Assembly: GCA_028534125.1 (NCBI GenBank)
Contig: CM052817.1
Span: 88,910,001-88,974,000, forward strand
Reading direction: 5' to 3'
From: Lama glama
Taxonomy: Eukaryota
Length of the DNA stretch: 64,000 bases
The notes under the pieces are model-generated. The model made no database searches and was not told the origin of the DNA. It saw only the letters and a program-made list of their open reading frames with translations. Position numbers and translations under genes: made by a program. This document shows positions 26,250-40,150 of this stretch, one piece after another (the stretch's first letter is position 1; every line of letters starts with the position of its first letter).

Positions 26250-28110
26250 AAATCTTCTAAAGGGCAGAGTAAAGTCTCTTTCTGATTCCTAATGTTTTTG
26301 GGAAACAGAAGCTGTTGGGAGTGAATCTGTCTTCAGCAAACTGCTGAACTTCCTCTTAAGATACTTTTAAGATTTCAAAACTGAATTTAGTAGAAGGTTG
26401 CAGAGCAAGGGTAGAATATTTTTAGGGCAAAACTGGATCTTACCTATTGCTTCAGAAGCTTGCTTGAGAATTGGAAACAAAGCAGAGTATCCTTAACCTA
26501 GCTCAATTCTTGATAGGATTAAAGTAAATAGCCCTTTTGTGGGGGAAAAAAACTGTCTGGAACTTTTATTATTATTATGTACACAGTTTTCAATTGAATT
26601 AAAAAATACTAGACATTCAAATAAGCAAAAAATATGTCTTATATTCAATAGAAAACATAATAATAATTTTTTAAAAAGGGTTAGAAATGATCCAGATGGC
26701 TAAGAGGTCCAAGTAATGGACACAGAATTTACATAACTCTGATTAATGTTTTTAAAAACAAAAACAAGTAGAAGACACTATTTGGAGTTTCACAAGAGGA
26801 TTTGGATATATTAAAGAGTATTTAAAACATAATGATTTTTAGGACTAAATGGATGAGTTTAATAAAATAGTGGAAATAAAACATCAGATCAAGAAATATG
26901 TAGATAGGAAATTAGAAAACAGATAAAACTAAAGACAAACTAAAGACAAAACAAACAAACAAACAAAAAAACCCAGAGAAATAAATGGGAAAAAGAGAGA
27001 GATGTGGGGCATGCGCATGTGTTCTCATATTTATATTAGTGGACTTAACAAAAGAAGACAGTAAAAATAATGGGAATGAAGCAATATTCAACAAAGTAAT
27101 GATCAAGAATTTTCTAAAACTGATAAAAAATGTCACACCATATGTTCAGAATACTAAGCAAACTCGAGAGAGAAAAAATATATATATATATATATAAATA
27201 AAACTACATCTAGCCGTATTATAGTAAAACTGATCAAAACCAAAGATAACAGAGAATATTGAAAAATATCCAAAGGGAAAAAATACCATTGCCTTAAAGA
27301 AACAACAATAAGACTTAACAACCAGTTTTCAACAAAAACATAAAAGCCAGATGTCAACGAACTGATCTTTTTAAAGTCTTGAAAGAATTTTATACTCAAG
27401 CAAAACATATCCTCAAAAACTGAGAGCAAAAATAAAGAAATTTGGACAACTAAAATCAGAGGATGCATGGCTAGTAGATTTTCATGAAAAGAAATACCAA
27501 ATGGAATAAGTTGAGCATAATAAACATGATCTCCTAGAGAAACAGGAAACTGTCAAATGAAAAGAAAAGCTATAGAAAGGATAATTATAGCCTTACTGGT
27601 GAATTCTTCCAAGTGTTTCAGGAAGTAATGGTCAAATAAACTCTTCTAAAAAACAGAGCAGGAGAGACAATTTTACAATCTGTAAGCCAGCATAATGTTG
27701 GAACCAAAAGTATAACTAAAAAAGAAAAATTACAAACCAGTTCTCTCATGAAGCAAAATCCACGTACTATATTGAAAATTTAAATCCAAAGATTTTAAGC
27801 AAAGATGAAACATTGGAACAAAACTGGATTCATTCCACAAATGTAAGATTCATTGAACTTTGGAAAGACAATCAATGTAATTCACCAAATAGACTTACAG
27901 AATGATCATTTGCTAAAATTCGAGAACCTAGGTAAGGTCATGATTCTTAGCAAGCTAGAAATAAATCACATCCTCTTAACCTAATATATTATCTATAAGA
28001 ATTCTTGGGAGAACATTATACTTAGTAGTATTTATTAATGTATTTTATCACTCAGAACCAAATAAGACAATCTTACTATTTCCCTTCTATTCAATGTTAC
28101 ACTGATATTT
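26250..28110 (+). mobile_element. Old L1M: 5' region and ORF1 relic joined to an ORF2 RT fragment
   Basis: ORF1-like 'gaagcaatattcaacaaagtaatgatcaagaattttctaaaactg', 'tagccgtattatagtaaaactg'. RT-like from ~27590 'ttactggtgaattcttccaagtgtttcaggaag' to 'cccttctattcaatgttacactg'. Confidence 0.75.
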
Positions 28111-28159
28111 AACAGAACAATAAACACAAGAAGATTAAACATCAAAGAATTTGTGACCT

Positions 28160-29420
28160 GATAGTTTCCAGTATTGCTATAGAATTTGAAAGTTACAGAC
28201 AGATCTTCACTCCAATTTGATGGGAGCAAAGAAATTCTGAACAAGAAAAAGAAGTAAAAACAATAACTAAATAAAGTGTAGAGACATGGGAAAGATCAGA
28301 AACAAAGAAACATAAATGTAATCAATATTACAACTAAATTGTCATTGAAGAATAAGCAAATGTATGTTTTCAGCAAACACTGAGTTTAACACTCAGATAT
28401 TTGCTGAAAAGATAATAAAGCAGGAACTTCATCATACAGAAATCTAATCCCAGGAAAAATGGGGTGCAAAACATAATGCTGAGATGGAGAATAAAACTAA
28501 ACATTTGGATAAATCTAAGTAAGAATCAGGCTTTTAATTTTAAGGAACACTGCTAACTATATAGTTAAGATAGTATTATCTTAAAAGTAGTAACTAATAT
28601 GTAAGAAAAAATAACATAACGTATTGAAAGGAGATGTGGGAATTATAAATTAGGTTGGCATTCCAGTGCATGTGTGCTCATGTGCTGTTTGGGAGGAGAA
28701 CAGTGGGGCTGGCTGAATTTATGATACTTTTAGTCATATGTACATGTTAAAATATAAGAAGGGAAATAAATAGTATATTAAATATTTAACTTCCAAAAAT
28801 GTAAGAAACAGAAAATATTGTCTGACATATTAAAAAAAAAAGTATCAAAACAGCAGGAAGCTGAAAGAAAGTAATGAGAACCTCCCTCTCTGACCACACA
28901 CATACAAAAATAATATAGTCAAAGAAAATGGAAAATAAGCCAAAAGCAGCAAGTCTAAATTATCAGTAATCATCACAAATAAATATGGTTTTAACTAGTT
29001 GATTAAAAGAAGGATTTTCAGATTTTAATTTTCACATCCCTTGCTATTTTATAACATAGCAACTTAATGACAGAAAGATGGAAATTAAATGAAAAAGATT
29101 TAATTAGAAAATATTAACAGAAAGAAAACTGACATAATTTTAATAATATTGGAGTAGACTCTTTGGTAAATATGTATTGGAGATAACCAACATTCTTAAA
29201 CTACTGCTAAAATGAATATTTCAGCAGCCAGGTATAACATAAAACAAAAACTAGCATAGTCACAAAGAAAGTGGACATCCAAACTGTGTTAGAAACCATC
29301 TTCTGAGACTGGTACATGAAGCAAGCACATACATGAGACCAGTTAACCTACAGAATGTTTAACAGCACAATTAACAAATAAGGTTACATATAGAGTCCTG
29401 AACACCAAAATCAAGTTGAA
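28160..29420 (+). mobile_element. Old L1 relic: inter-ORF region and ORF2 endonuclease start
   Basis: 'tatcagtaatcatcacaaataaatatggttttaactagttgattaaaagaaggattttcagatt' ~ ISIITLNVNGLNSPIKR at ~28960-29025. Confidence 0.6.
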
Positions 29421-29709
29421 AGCTCTTATAAATATATTTCAAATTTGATTTTAAATATAAATTGTATTATATAAAGAGATATTTGTTTTAATTCAAAAAA
29501 ATATACTATGATCTTATTCTTGGGCATATAGAAAGGAGAATTTGACACTGAAAATGTTTTAGTGCTTAGAGAGGCAGGAAAATCAAAAAGGGATGTGATA
29601 TTTTGGGGTAAAGATTGGTATATGAGTATAACTAGAACTTTCCCCTGAGAAATGTAGAGAATAGCTAAGTGGTGTAGGTGACACTGATTGGAAGTGTGCT
29701 TATTAACAC

Positions 29710-29920
29710 GGCAGTTTCCGAAAAGCTCATACTGTGTGTCCAGCACTCTCCTATCCAGCCTGCATTTATCTGCTCACACAGTCCTTACAATGCTAGTGTG
29801 CACTTGCCTCCTTTACTGTGAGGATACTGAAATAAAAAAAGAGTACAGGTAACACAAGTGACCTATGTTAACCCCAATGTGAGGAGCAGACTAGAATTTA
29901 AATCCTGGCATTTGGATTAT
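29710..29920 (-). mobile_element. MIR SINE (diverged)
   Basis: 'tactgtgtgtccagcactctcc...gtccttacaa...ctttactgtgaggatactga...gagcagactagaatttaaatcctggca'. Confidence 0.65.
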
Positions 29921-31008
29921 TATTAGGAGTAAGGAAGTGATTTATTTTCCAAATGAGAAGTGTTTTATAGAGGGTAATTCAGAAAAATGAAGTAGCTAAA
30001 GTTTTCTTGTGATTCAAAATCATACAAGGATTATCTTTTGTACCACTTTTTCTTTATAATTTTTATTCTGTGACATTACCTAAAGGAGAAGACATGAAGA
30101 GTAGGCACTGAACTAGGTACTGTAAACAGGGTAGCTGGATCTTTCTGGAATAATAGAAGCCTGTACTAAAATACGGTCATACCTTTAGGTCAGAATACAT
30201 ATTCCTAAACCGAGAGAGGCAGCCTTTTAGGATACGTAAAACTTAAAAGTACTATGGACTTGAAATTTGTATTTTTACCAAATCTGTTGGTAGTTATAAG
30301 TGATTTTATGAACATTATAGTCCACGACTAAGCAGAACATGTCATTTTTAAACACAGAGGCAGAAACTACAGGTGAAAAAATGAGAATATGCCCTTAAAA
30401 ATCTAGGAAGATGAGAATCAATGATATATTTGTCCCATCAATGGCTTGAAAGTTAAAAGCCTCATGGGAGGAAGGAGCTAAAGACAAGCCTGAAGTAGGT
30501 ATGGACGGAGAGATTAGGGATGTCACATCTCGCCTTCTAGCTATTGGAAACACTAATCAATTCAGGTTTTTACAAAACCACTGGAAGGGCTAGAGAGTTG
30601 ATTATTTGGGAGTTTTATTTTTTTAAATATTTTTAAAAACACACAGTACTGGTGATGAAAGGTCCAGTATGTATATGTTTTACTACAATGATAAATATTC
30701 AGACTGTATCATTTTTTAAATACAGCTTTCTAAGACCCAAGTCCAAATATTCTGATTTCATCTGGTCTACAGCAGTGCTTAGAATATTCTGTTCTTCTTT
30801 CGTAATGACTGCTGTATTTACCTTAGGCTGGCAATATCCTTAGAAATTGTTTAAGAGAATACAGTGCTCTAAGAGAATGTCATCCAATTGTCATTTTTCA
30901 CTCCACTAATATCTAAGTAGTATTTTGTGCTATATTCTCTTCTCGATCTTAAGTATACAAAAGTGGGTAAGAGGAGGAACACAGATTTTCCTGAGGTAAT
31001 TCACATTC

Positions 31009-31377
31009 TGTTATGGACTGAATGTTTGTGTCCCCCCCAAAATTCCTGTGTTTAATCCCTACCTTAATGTATGGTATTAGGAGATGAGGCATTTGTTTCG
31101 TAGGTAATCAGGGTTAGATAAGTTTATGAGGTTGGAGTCTTCATATACAGGATTAGTGCCTTTATAAGAGTCAAGAGAGAGTCTGTGTCCTCTCTCTGCT
31201 CTGTACTATGTGAGGATACAAGTGAGCCACCTGCAACCTTGGAAGAGGGCTCTCACCAGAACCTGACCATGCTGGCACCCTGATCTCAGACTTTCAGCCT
31301 CCAGAATTGTGAAAAATTAATTTCTGTTGTTTATAAGCCACCCAGCCTATGGCACTTTGTTATAGCAGCCCAAACAG
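31009..31377 (+). mobile_element. MaLR solo LTR (MLT1A0/MLT1A-like)
   Basis: 'tgttatggactgaatgtttgtgtcccccccaaaattc...ctcaccagaacctgaccatgctggcaccctgatctcagactttcagcctccagaattgtg...tttataagccacccagcctatggcactttgttatagcagcccaaaca'. Confidence 0.95.
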
Positions 31378-31999
31378 TTTTACCTACCAGCTAAGGTCAT
31401 TTCTCTCACAGACATCCGGATGTTTGAAGTGGTTGGCTGCATCTCAACCAATGTGACTCTCTGGTTGTTTCAGCTGTGATAGTTGTATCTTACGAAAAAC
31501 CAACTAAAGAAATCAAACAAATTAAAATAATTTGACCATCACAATTATTACATTGATTTAGCTCTTTCATTCAGTGTTAAATCTACAAACTGTAGTTTTA
31601 CTGTTTCTTGACTTTAAAATACAAAGCTGGGGACATTGAAGTATAGAGCAGAATAATGATGAAGCCACAGTGATGCAAGGTAGGACTACGTAGAATTAGA
31701 TGGAATAGAGAAAGCACAAAAATCTGTGCCTGGATGAAAGTCTGTGAGAGGCATTCTCTTCACTGACTGATTCAGCAGTCTCACTGTGTGTCATGCCTAC
31801 TTACATTCTAGCTTCTCCTATTAATTAAAACATGTGTCAGAATCATCAGGATTTATTTTCAGGAAACAAAAGTTACTCTATTTGAAACATAAATGAGTTT
31901 AGGTTTTTTACAAAATTATTGAAAATTATGGGAAATTGTTTCTTGGCTGTGTCTCAACAGTTGCTCCTACAGCAGCACTCCAAATGTGGCCTTCCATGG

Positions 32000-32330
32000 G
32001 AGCTGGCCTCATAGGGGAGGTAGAGTCAGGAGCAAGCCCTGTCCCTGCTGACTTCAGGAGCACATTACAGTAGTTGTGATCCCAAGATCTGAAAGCTCGC
32101 CCCTCCTGAACTCCTCTCAGTGATCATAAAACTAATAATTGGACACCAAACCACTGCTGCAGAAAATCCCAACGATTCCATAAACTTGCTTGCCAGCAGG
32201 AAACAGGCAAAACCAAACAAGAATGCCTCGGCCTTACTTTCACCTTCCATATCTTTTGCATATGCATCTAATAGGCAAAACCTAATTTGTATCCAGAGCC
32301 TATAAATCTCCAGTGTCTACAGTAAAAGAA
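32000..32330 (-). mobile_element. Probable ancient MaLR LTR relic (MLT1M/N-like)
   Basis: Locally higher GC, with 'gcatctaataggcaaaacctaatttgtatccagagcc' resembling late MLT1 consensus text. Confidence 0.4.
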
Positions 32331-35300
32331 TGTGCAGTATCCCAAATTTGAAATGGATACTTAGTGCCAATTTATCCTGTCCTTAATAATCTGAGCCAGG
32401 AAAGCAACTTGGAGAAGGGCTCTGTTGATTGGAAATTGTTTAACACAAATAGTAAAAGGAAATATTCTTAGAGATTATTTACCTCCTATGATTAACAGAC
32501 CTCACTGCTTAGGACTTTTTGCTGCTAGCAGATGAGCATTTTAAAATTTGTAATTAAATGCATTCACATTACCATTTGAATAATTGATAGTATCCCCTCC
32601 AATTTCAGTTAGTTGTTTTAAAATGTCTTTCTTAGCATAAATTAATCTCCAATTAGCAGATTGATGTGGGGAAGATACATACATGGGTCTTTATTTTCAC
32701 AAGCCTTACTTGTCAGAATTAGAGTAAGAAACTTGGCAACTTACTTCAAATATATGCCAACTGCTTTATAAATACCACAGAAGCTCCAAATCATATTCTG
32801 TGAATGATAAATTTCCTGAATGAAGGAAACTGCAATGGTATTCCTAAAATACAATTCATCCAAGTCTTACTATGTTATTTAGTAGGGTTATGCTACTACT
32901 AAACTTGACTACACATCAAGATTAAAGTATAATTTTCTTAAAATACATAATGTGAAGTCTGTGTCCCTGTTCAAAATAACAAAGATGAACAGACTAATTA
33001 TCAAATAAATTATCAAAATAAAGGCTAAGCTGTATCTTCTTTCTGGGTTCTTGCTACACAGATTTTTATACACTTTGATATTTATACACATTCATGTCTC
33101 CCTCCTTCTTTGCCATTGTCCGTCAGTGGTAAAATTAAACTTCCAGATGTTTTTAAAAATACTTTATATGAAAAATTTGAAAAAAGAGAATCTCAAATTA
33201 ATATTTAGGCTTATTAATCAGTGATTTGTCTTAAAAATAGTTTTATTTTTACTTAATTTAAATTTTTAGTTTATTTATATTTATTTAATTTAATTTATTT
33301 TCATTTAAAATTTATTTAACATCTATTTAATGTGAAAATCATATTATTTAGATTTAACACATAAAATGCTTATATCAGTACTTATACTATTTGTTTTTAT
33401 CATCGTTGTAGAATGTAGTATTCACACAATGGTATTTTGAAAAAACATGGGAAATGAAAACAATATATTTTAATTTTTTTAAAAGTTACTAAGAAGCATT
33501 TTATTTTAGAAGGTGCACAGTATTTTTTTGTTTTGGTGAATATTGAAAACATCTTTTTAAGATGTTGGCTATTCAATTGTTTTATAGTCAAATATTTTAA
33601 AATATAGGTTAAACATGAAGACATAGATTATCAAGTATTACATAGGAAGATTAAAATGCTATCATGATTTGTATGTAAATAAGGAGACATACAAAAAGGA
33701 TAGGAGAGGTTTTCTACACATATATACACAATAGGATATACTTTCTATAAAATTAGGAGAGTATGATCAGACAGATGCAAGGTCTTCTACAAATTTTACG
33801 GTTTTATAGCAAACTTACCATTTATGACAAATGAGCAGTTTCTGTTTAGGTTTTGGATGTTTGAAATATGTATTACATTGACACTAAAAACTTTAAATTC
33901 ACATTGTGCATCGCAATTCACACTAGATTTTCCTATATCTTAACTCATCCTGAATCTCATTGTTCATTCCTAACTCATTCCTAGTATTTTTGAAACTTAC
34001 TACACTTCTGCCTGATTTGACAAACATCCATTTATTGTTTTCAATGTGTGAGTTACTGTTTTAGGTGATAGAGGTGCTGAAATGAGAAAAGGTTATCCTT
34101 TCATTCAGGAAGTTTGAAGTGAGAGGAAGAGTCATGTTCTAACAACAGGATCAGAACTGTGAATAGGGAGGATGAGTATAAAGACAGGAAAAACCTCCAT
34201 GGCCTTCTTTATGTGTCTCAAGGTCTTACTTTCACTCTGCTTATTCTATTTTTTAAAATATTTTATTAACAAACATTATGGCGGAATAATTCCATGTTCG
34301 CAGATGTACTCAGGAGCAAGCAACCTTCGTACATTGTTAAAACACATGTATTTACTATTTCTGTTCTTCCAGGATTAGTAAGTGCTCAGAGACAAGGTAG
34401 TCTCTGGAGGAGGGGCAGTTTTCAATTTATTACCCCCAACTTTTATATAGCTGAGAATGTTTCTACCATAGGAGCTTATTAAATTGTTTGGTTCCTGATT
34501 CTGCCTGATTTTGGTGAAATGTTTATGTAGCTAAAATTTTATACTTCTTATAATAAGCAAAGCTCTATACTAAATCCCAAGAAGCATTTTTAATACTAGA
34601 ACTCCTTGGGAGGATTGGCTCCAGACAAGTTGGCCACTGGGAACAATACAGATCTCTGATTTACCTTTCTTTCCTTGTTTTCCTAAGACTATCTGGTTTC
34701 CTAATTTTTTTAATTTACAAACTTTACATTTTTTTTCTTTATTATATCTATGAATGAGTTACTTTAATCTTGGTTAAAAAAATATATGAAAGTATTTTGT
34801 TCTTCCAAATGTGCCCATTGTCTTTTTATCTATAATAATTTTATAATGTCGACAGTGATTGCTCAGGTAATCCCTTTATAATGTCACCTTGAAAAATGTG
34901 ATGAGGGGCACAAGTGGGGTAGAAAATATAGTATTGTGAGATATTAGCCTACATTTACTATAATTGAATAAGATTTGTTAAAGCAGTTATCAGTGCCATG
35001 AACATGTAAATAGAGAAAATTGGATGAAGTCTAGATATAGTAAGTGTCCCTGTTGTGTCCATTATTTTTGTGGCTAGTCATTTAATCCCAAAGTAAATTT
35101 AATATGATAATACAACTTTAAATTTTACTAAAGCTAGATTGGGAACTGAGATAATTTGTGTTTCTAATAGTATTTAACCTATGGATGAGTTTTAATGATG
35201 TAATAATGTCAACATGTCTGATTTAGTTACCTACTCCTGGATTTGATATAAAGCAATGTTCAAGAATATTTGTTTTCTAAAGAATGCGTTTTATCCTGAC

Positions 35301-38300
35301 CTTCCAATCTTCCATTACCCTCCATTCTAGCATTTATCTCAACTATTCTCCATTCATAGTCAAGGATTTGTGTCTGTGTGTGTGTTGTTACTGTTGTTGT
35401 TTTGCTCAAGCCAACCATCTGAGAACTACCACAATCAATCAGACACAAAACTATAGTGATCACACCACCTAAATATCTTTGATACATGTTTAACATGATG
35501 GTCTGCATTCTTATTCACTTCTATTCTGTGCAACATGTCTCCAAAGCATTTGATGTTAAGACTGTATTTTTCTAAGTACATCTCAGGGGGTTTATGTTCT
35601 GAGAAACATGCTTTAATCACTGATGCTCTAAAATTTGTAACTAGCTTCATGTACACAGTACGTTTTGTTCTCCAACTTTTAGCCCAGTAGTGCTTCTTGA
35701 GACTATGTTTATAGTAAAAATATTTATAATTATATTCGTGTAATTAGATCAACAGAAAAAATTTAGGATGTTTATTTGTGTATGTGTTTGTGTGTATGTA
35801 TTTATGCAGTGTTTAAGTTTTCAAGATATGAGATTTTTATATTGAATAATACAATATAAATTAAGATTATAAGTATTTTAAACCATACCTTTTGTAATTC
35901 ACTTGACTAAAGGCCTAATGTAGTCCTAACTAGATTATGCAATACAAAAAAAACAATATTTGCTATTGATTAGTATAATTTAGTTAAAGATAATCTATAT
36001 GCATAATGAATCCATATGCATAAAGATACATATATACAAGCATCTATACATTAAATCTGCCTGGAAAAGCTTTTTAACTTTTAAGGAATTATGTGCAACA
36101 TAGTGAGCATAAGTAAATTTCAATTTCCTTATTGTTCTTTTTTTTTAATAATTTGATTGACCGATTAAACTAGAAAGCTTCCTGCAAAATAATTCTTAAT
36201 GGTGTAATTAAAATTCCATTAGTATCTTAAAGTTATTATTTTATTGTGTTCTATTCCTTCTGATCATATTGTTTAAAATTGTAATGTGGTTTGGGAAAAA
36301 GTAGAATATTTTGTTTATAGAATACTGGATTAACTATTACACATTCCCATTGCACACAAACTATGGAGTATGCCTAATGATCATTAGGTTGATAAATTAC
36401 AGAACCACTGAAAGGAGACTTAACATTAAAAACATAGCTATATACAATAAATGTTGGCAAAGGCAAACCCCCACTGGATTATAGGATAAGTAAACTTAAT
36501 TTTTTTAGCCTCAAAAGGAAATAAGATAAGAAACTTGTATTTCTACTTTGTCTTTGAGTCTTGTGTTGCAGAATATTATTTATTGGTCCTTTTGTAGAGG
36601 CATCACATTAAGCAATCAAGTCAACAACTTTCATACTTTACTTTTGCATAAAACATTGTTTTAGATTTTCAGAATATATTTCACAGACACAGGGGAAATA
36701 AGGAAGGCTCAATGAAAATGGATTATTTTCTTGGCAGCAGTAATTTTCTGTCTTCAGATGAACACAGAGTGGGAGGAAACATCAACAGCCATCCGAATGT
36801 TTATAAAGAGACCAAGTTCAGAATATATATACTGCTAATAATTTCCCACTTATAATTTGAGTTTTCACAAATACTTCTTGAATAATTTTTGAATTAGAGT
36901 AACTAATAATTTAATTAATGAAATCTCTTTGCAAGGCTGCTGACTATATTTCAGAGAAGGGAATTATTAAGTCTATAGAGCAATTAAAAATTAAATGTAT
37001 ACATATCATACTTTTGAAAAATGTAAAGAGTCATAAAATGTCCCATTCCACACAAATTAAAAATATGACCAGTTGATCAGTATTTTACATAAGCTTTAAT
37101 ATGGTACATAAATATTAAGTTTTAGAATAGTACAGTCCTTTTTTCTTTCCAAAATTACCTATTATAAATTTTGCTGTAATTACTTTCCAATAGTGCTGAA
37201 GATCTTTAAAGAAAATATAGAAAAAAGAAATATCTATTAAATATATCACACATAAAATTATTTATTAAACCTCATCATAGATACAGAAATTTTGAAAGCT
37301 ACAAGTCTTTCTCTTTAAAAAAATGCTTAAATTTTCTTTTCCATTGTATGTTTTGAAATATTATTTTTCAGTTGTAAAAGTAATATATGTATAGTAGATA
37401 AAATTTCTAAATGCATATATTTACATAAGGTATTAAAATCATGTAACCCCAGCACCAGGCATAAATATTATATATATTTTATATACTTATTCAGGCTTTT
37501 AAATAAAAAGCATACGTATTTTAAATTGTGTGAAGTCACTAACCTTTCTTCAGTCAGCACTTTTTCATCATCTCATTTATTATATAAATTTTGTCATTAG
37601 TTTTTTATGTTATTATTTTAAACAAATGCTTATTTCATCATAGAAATGAACTGTGACATACCTAACAAGTTGACTTTTATTCTATACTTCAGTTGCTTCT
37701 ATTTTAGTAAAAGTGTGCTAAATATCATTGTACATGCATTGTTCTTTACTTTTTGATTGTTTTTATCATAGGTACATTGAGGTGAAATTATAAGTACATG
37801 GAGTTTGAAAGGATTAAAATGTACCGTTTACTATATATTACAACACTAGCACAGATATATGCATATATATACCTATTATATCATGGTATTTGCAGAAAAT
37901 CAAGAAATATATGATGATACTATTATAATGAATTAAGTAATTAGGTTATCCTCCAAATATGTCATATGAAAAAGGCAATGTTTATCTCTCACATCATTAA
38001 CATGCATTTCGGTGAATATCAAAACCCCTGGAATAAAACAGGGAAGCATTATATAGTAAGTTTAGCCTTCTTCAAGGTTAGGAATTAGCTCTTATAAATT
38101 TTTTGTTTACTTCATCTAGTATATTACTAGGAGATAGTCAAATAATCTTGATAAAATAGGATTTTGGTAATGATTGTTTTCCTATTTATAGTAAGTATCA
38201 ATTTTGAGTTAACTCTTGATCTTGTACCAACATAAAGGAATATTTTCTCAATTTAGGATGAAATATTATCTCAATTTTTTAGGGTACAATTTTGAGTTGT

Positions 38301-38534
38301 TTACAGAGTTTTAATAAAAGACAGAATCCTTAAGACCTGGGAAGTATTCCAGTATGACTTTAATAATACCAATGGATACAGCCAACAGGAGAGAGTACAG
38401 ATACTTGGAGAGGTGTAAAAATCTCCAAGTAGAGCTCCAAGGTCCTTCTACAGTGGTAGAGGACACACTTTATGTTTTAGACAATTAACTTCTGAAATCT
38501 GTGCCACTTGTCTTAGTTTCAGGGGAGCCAAGAC

Positions 38535-38782
38535 ACAAATCCATTGAGGGGTCTTTTGTACCTCACTGGTCATACTGCTTAAAGCCAGGCTGTGTAACTA
38601 GTTAAATGAGGTGCAGAGCATCAGTTTATACCTCTGTAAACAATGTGGATAATCCAGTACAAATCCACTGAGGGGTCTTTTATATCTCGCTGTTCATACT
38701 GGTTAAAGCCAGGCTGTGTAACTAGTTAAATGAGGTGCAGACCATCAATTTATACCTCTGCAAACAATGTAGATAACCCAGT
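38535..38782. repeat. Tandem duplication, 2 x 124 bp, overlapping a MIR-like core
   Basis: Units 38535-38658 and 38659-38782 align without gaps. I count 11 substitutions by hand (~91% identity). Confidence 0.97.
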
Positions 38783-39059
38783 ACAGGATGTCTCAAGGGG
38801 AGTGTTGAACATTAAACATCATTATGAATTACTGGCTAGCACATTTTATCTTTATATTCACGAAGAGTGACTCTCAGACTTCCTGTCATGCCCAGAGATA
38901 AGGACAGAGCTGACCCAGGCCTCCTGTTAGGTAATGCAACTATGGAGCATACTTATTGCACCAAAAAAATAATTGTGACATAGGAGTTCCTGGTTGTACC
39001 ATCCCTTAAATCACCTCTAACACCTGAATCAATTGATAAGTTGACATTTGTAAAGATGA

Positions 39060-40150
39060 TTAAAGTGGACCTGGGCTCTGGAGAAAAAGGTGGAAGTTAG
39101 CACTTCAGGAAGAGAAACAGTATGTGTGAAGATCTTATGTATGATGTCTTGTTCAGGATTGCTTTGTTCTTGGAAAAATCGTGGGATTAAGGAGCAGGTT
39201 AGGGGAAGCAGATGGATAATGTAAAATTTAAAGTGGTAAATAACATAAGGGGAAGATCATCCAAAAGGTAAAACTACACATAACAGCATGCATAATAGTA
39301 AAATTCAGTGACACAGAACATTTTGCAAGAGAGCCAGTATTGGCTGAGATAGAATGATGAACAAGAGGATTGTGAAATACTCTGATAGAGTGACTAAGAA
39401 GACAGGTTTATACAACTAAAACTCAGATACCAAGTCTAGACTAGAGATAAAAAATATTTTATTAGCAGTTTAATATCAGTAAGTAGTGAAGTTTCAGTAT
39501 ATTTTATATTTTCTTTAGGGAGCATATGGGGAATCAGAGAAAAGGGCCTGGAACCAGTCATTGAAATATTTCAGTATTTAATGGCCAGGGAAGCGAGAGA
39601 GGAAAACACAATGCAGATTGAGAAGGCAGGAGAGAAAGCAGTAGAACATGGTAATACAAAATTCAAGAACAGATAGTATTTCCAAAAACAATAGTGAACT
39701 GTAGTGTTAAATGCACTTGTGAGTTAAAAAAAAAGTTTAAGAATGGTAAACATATCTTGGCTTTATTGATATTGAGGCTATTGGCCAAAGACAAGTTCTT
39801 TGGCATGACATGAGTCGAAGTGTAGTAGATAGGTGTGTTGTCAGTGAAGGAGAGGAAAAGGTAAGGGTTGTGTGTGTTCGAACTTGATTGTAGAGCAAGG
39901 GTAGTACATAAACAATATTTGTTTTTGTATTAGGAGAGTAACAATTCCTCTTTTTCTAACAGAAGGGAGGAAGCATATGACAGGTACACATGACACAGAT
40001 CTCATAATCTAGTAGTTAAAAGTTGAGAACATCCTATATGATGGCTTCTGTCTCCTATTTTATATAAATGATACAGTTAACTTACTGAGAATAGGAAGTT
40101 GTTTTAAGAATTTACCCATGGGAGCAGATGGATGAGGTGACAAGGAGAAG
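39060..40150 (-). mobile_element. L2 relic (diverged)
   Basis: 'cacttcaggaagagaaacagtatgtgtgaagatc', 'gagaaaagggcctggaacc', 'gagaaggcaggagagaaagcagtagaacatggtaatacaaaattcaagaac', 'gatggcttctgtctcct'. Confidence 0.65.

Noticed and set aside
36740..36860. Acceptor-like 'ttttctgtcttcag|atgaac' followed by a short frame
   Set aside because: No convincing donor, the frames close within ~35 codons, and the peptides are unrecognisable.
38535..38782. CRISPR-like array
   Set aside because: Only two contiguous units, with no unique spacers and no cas genes.
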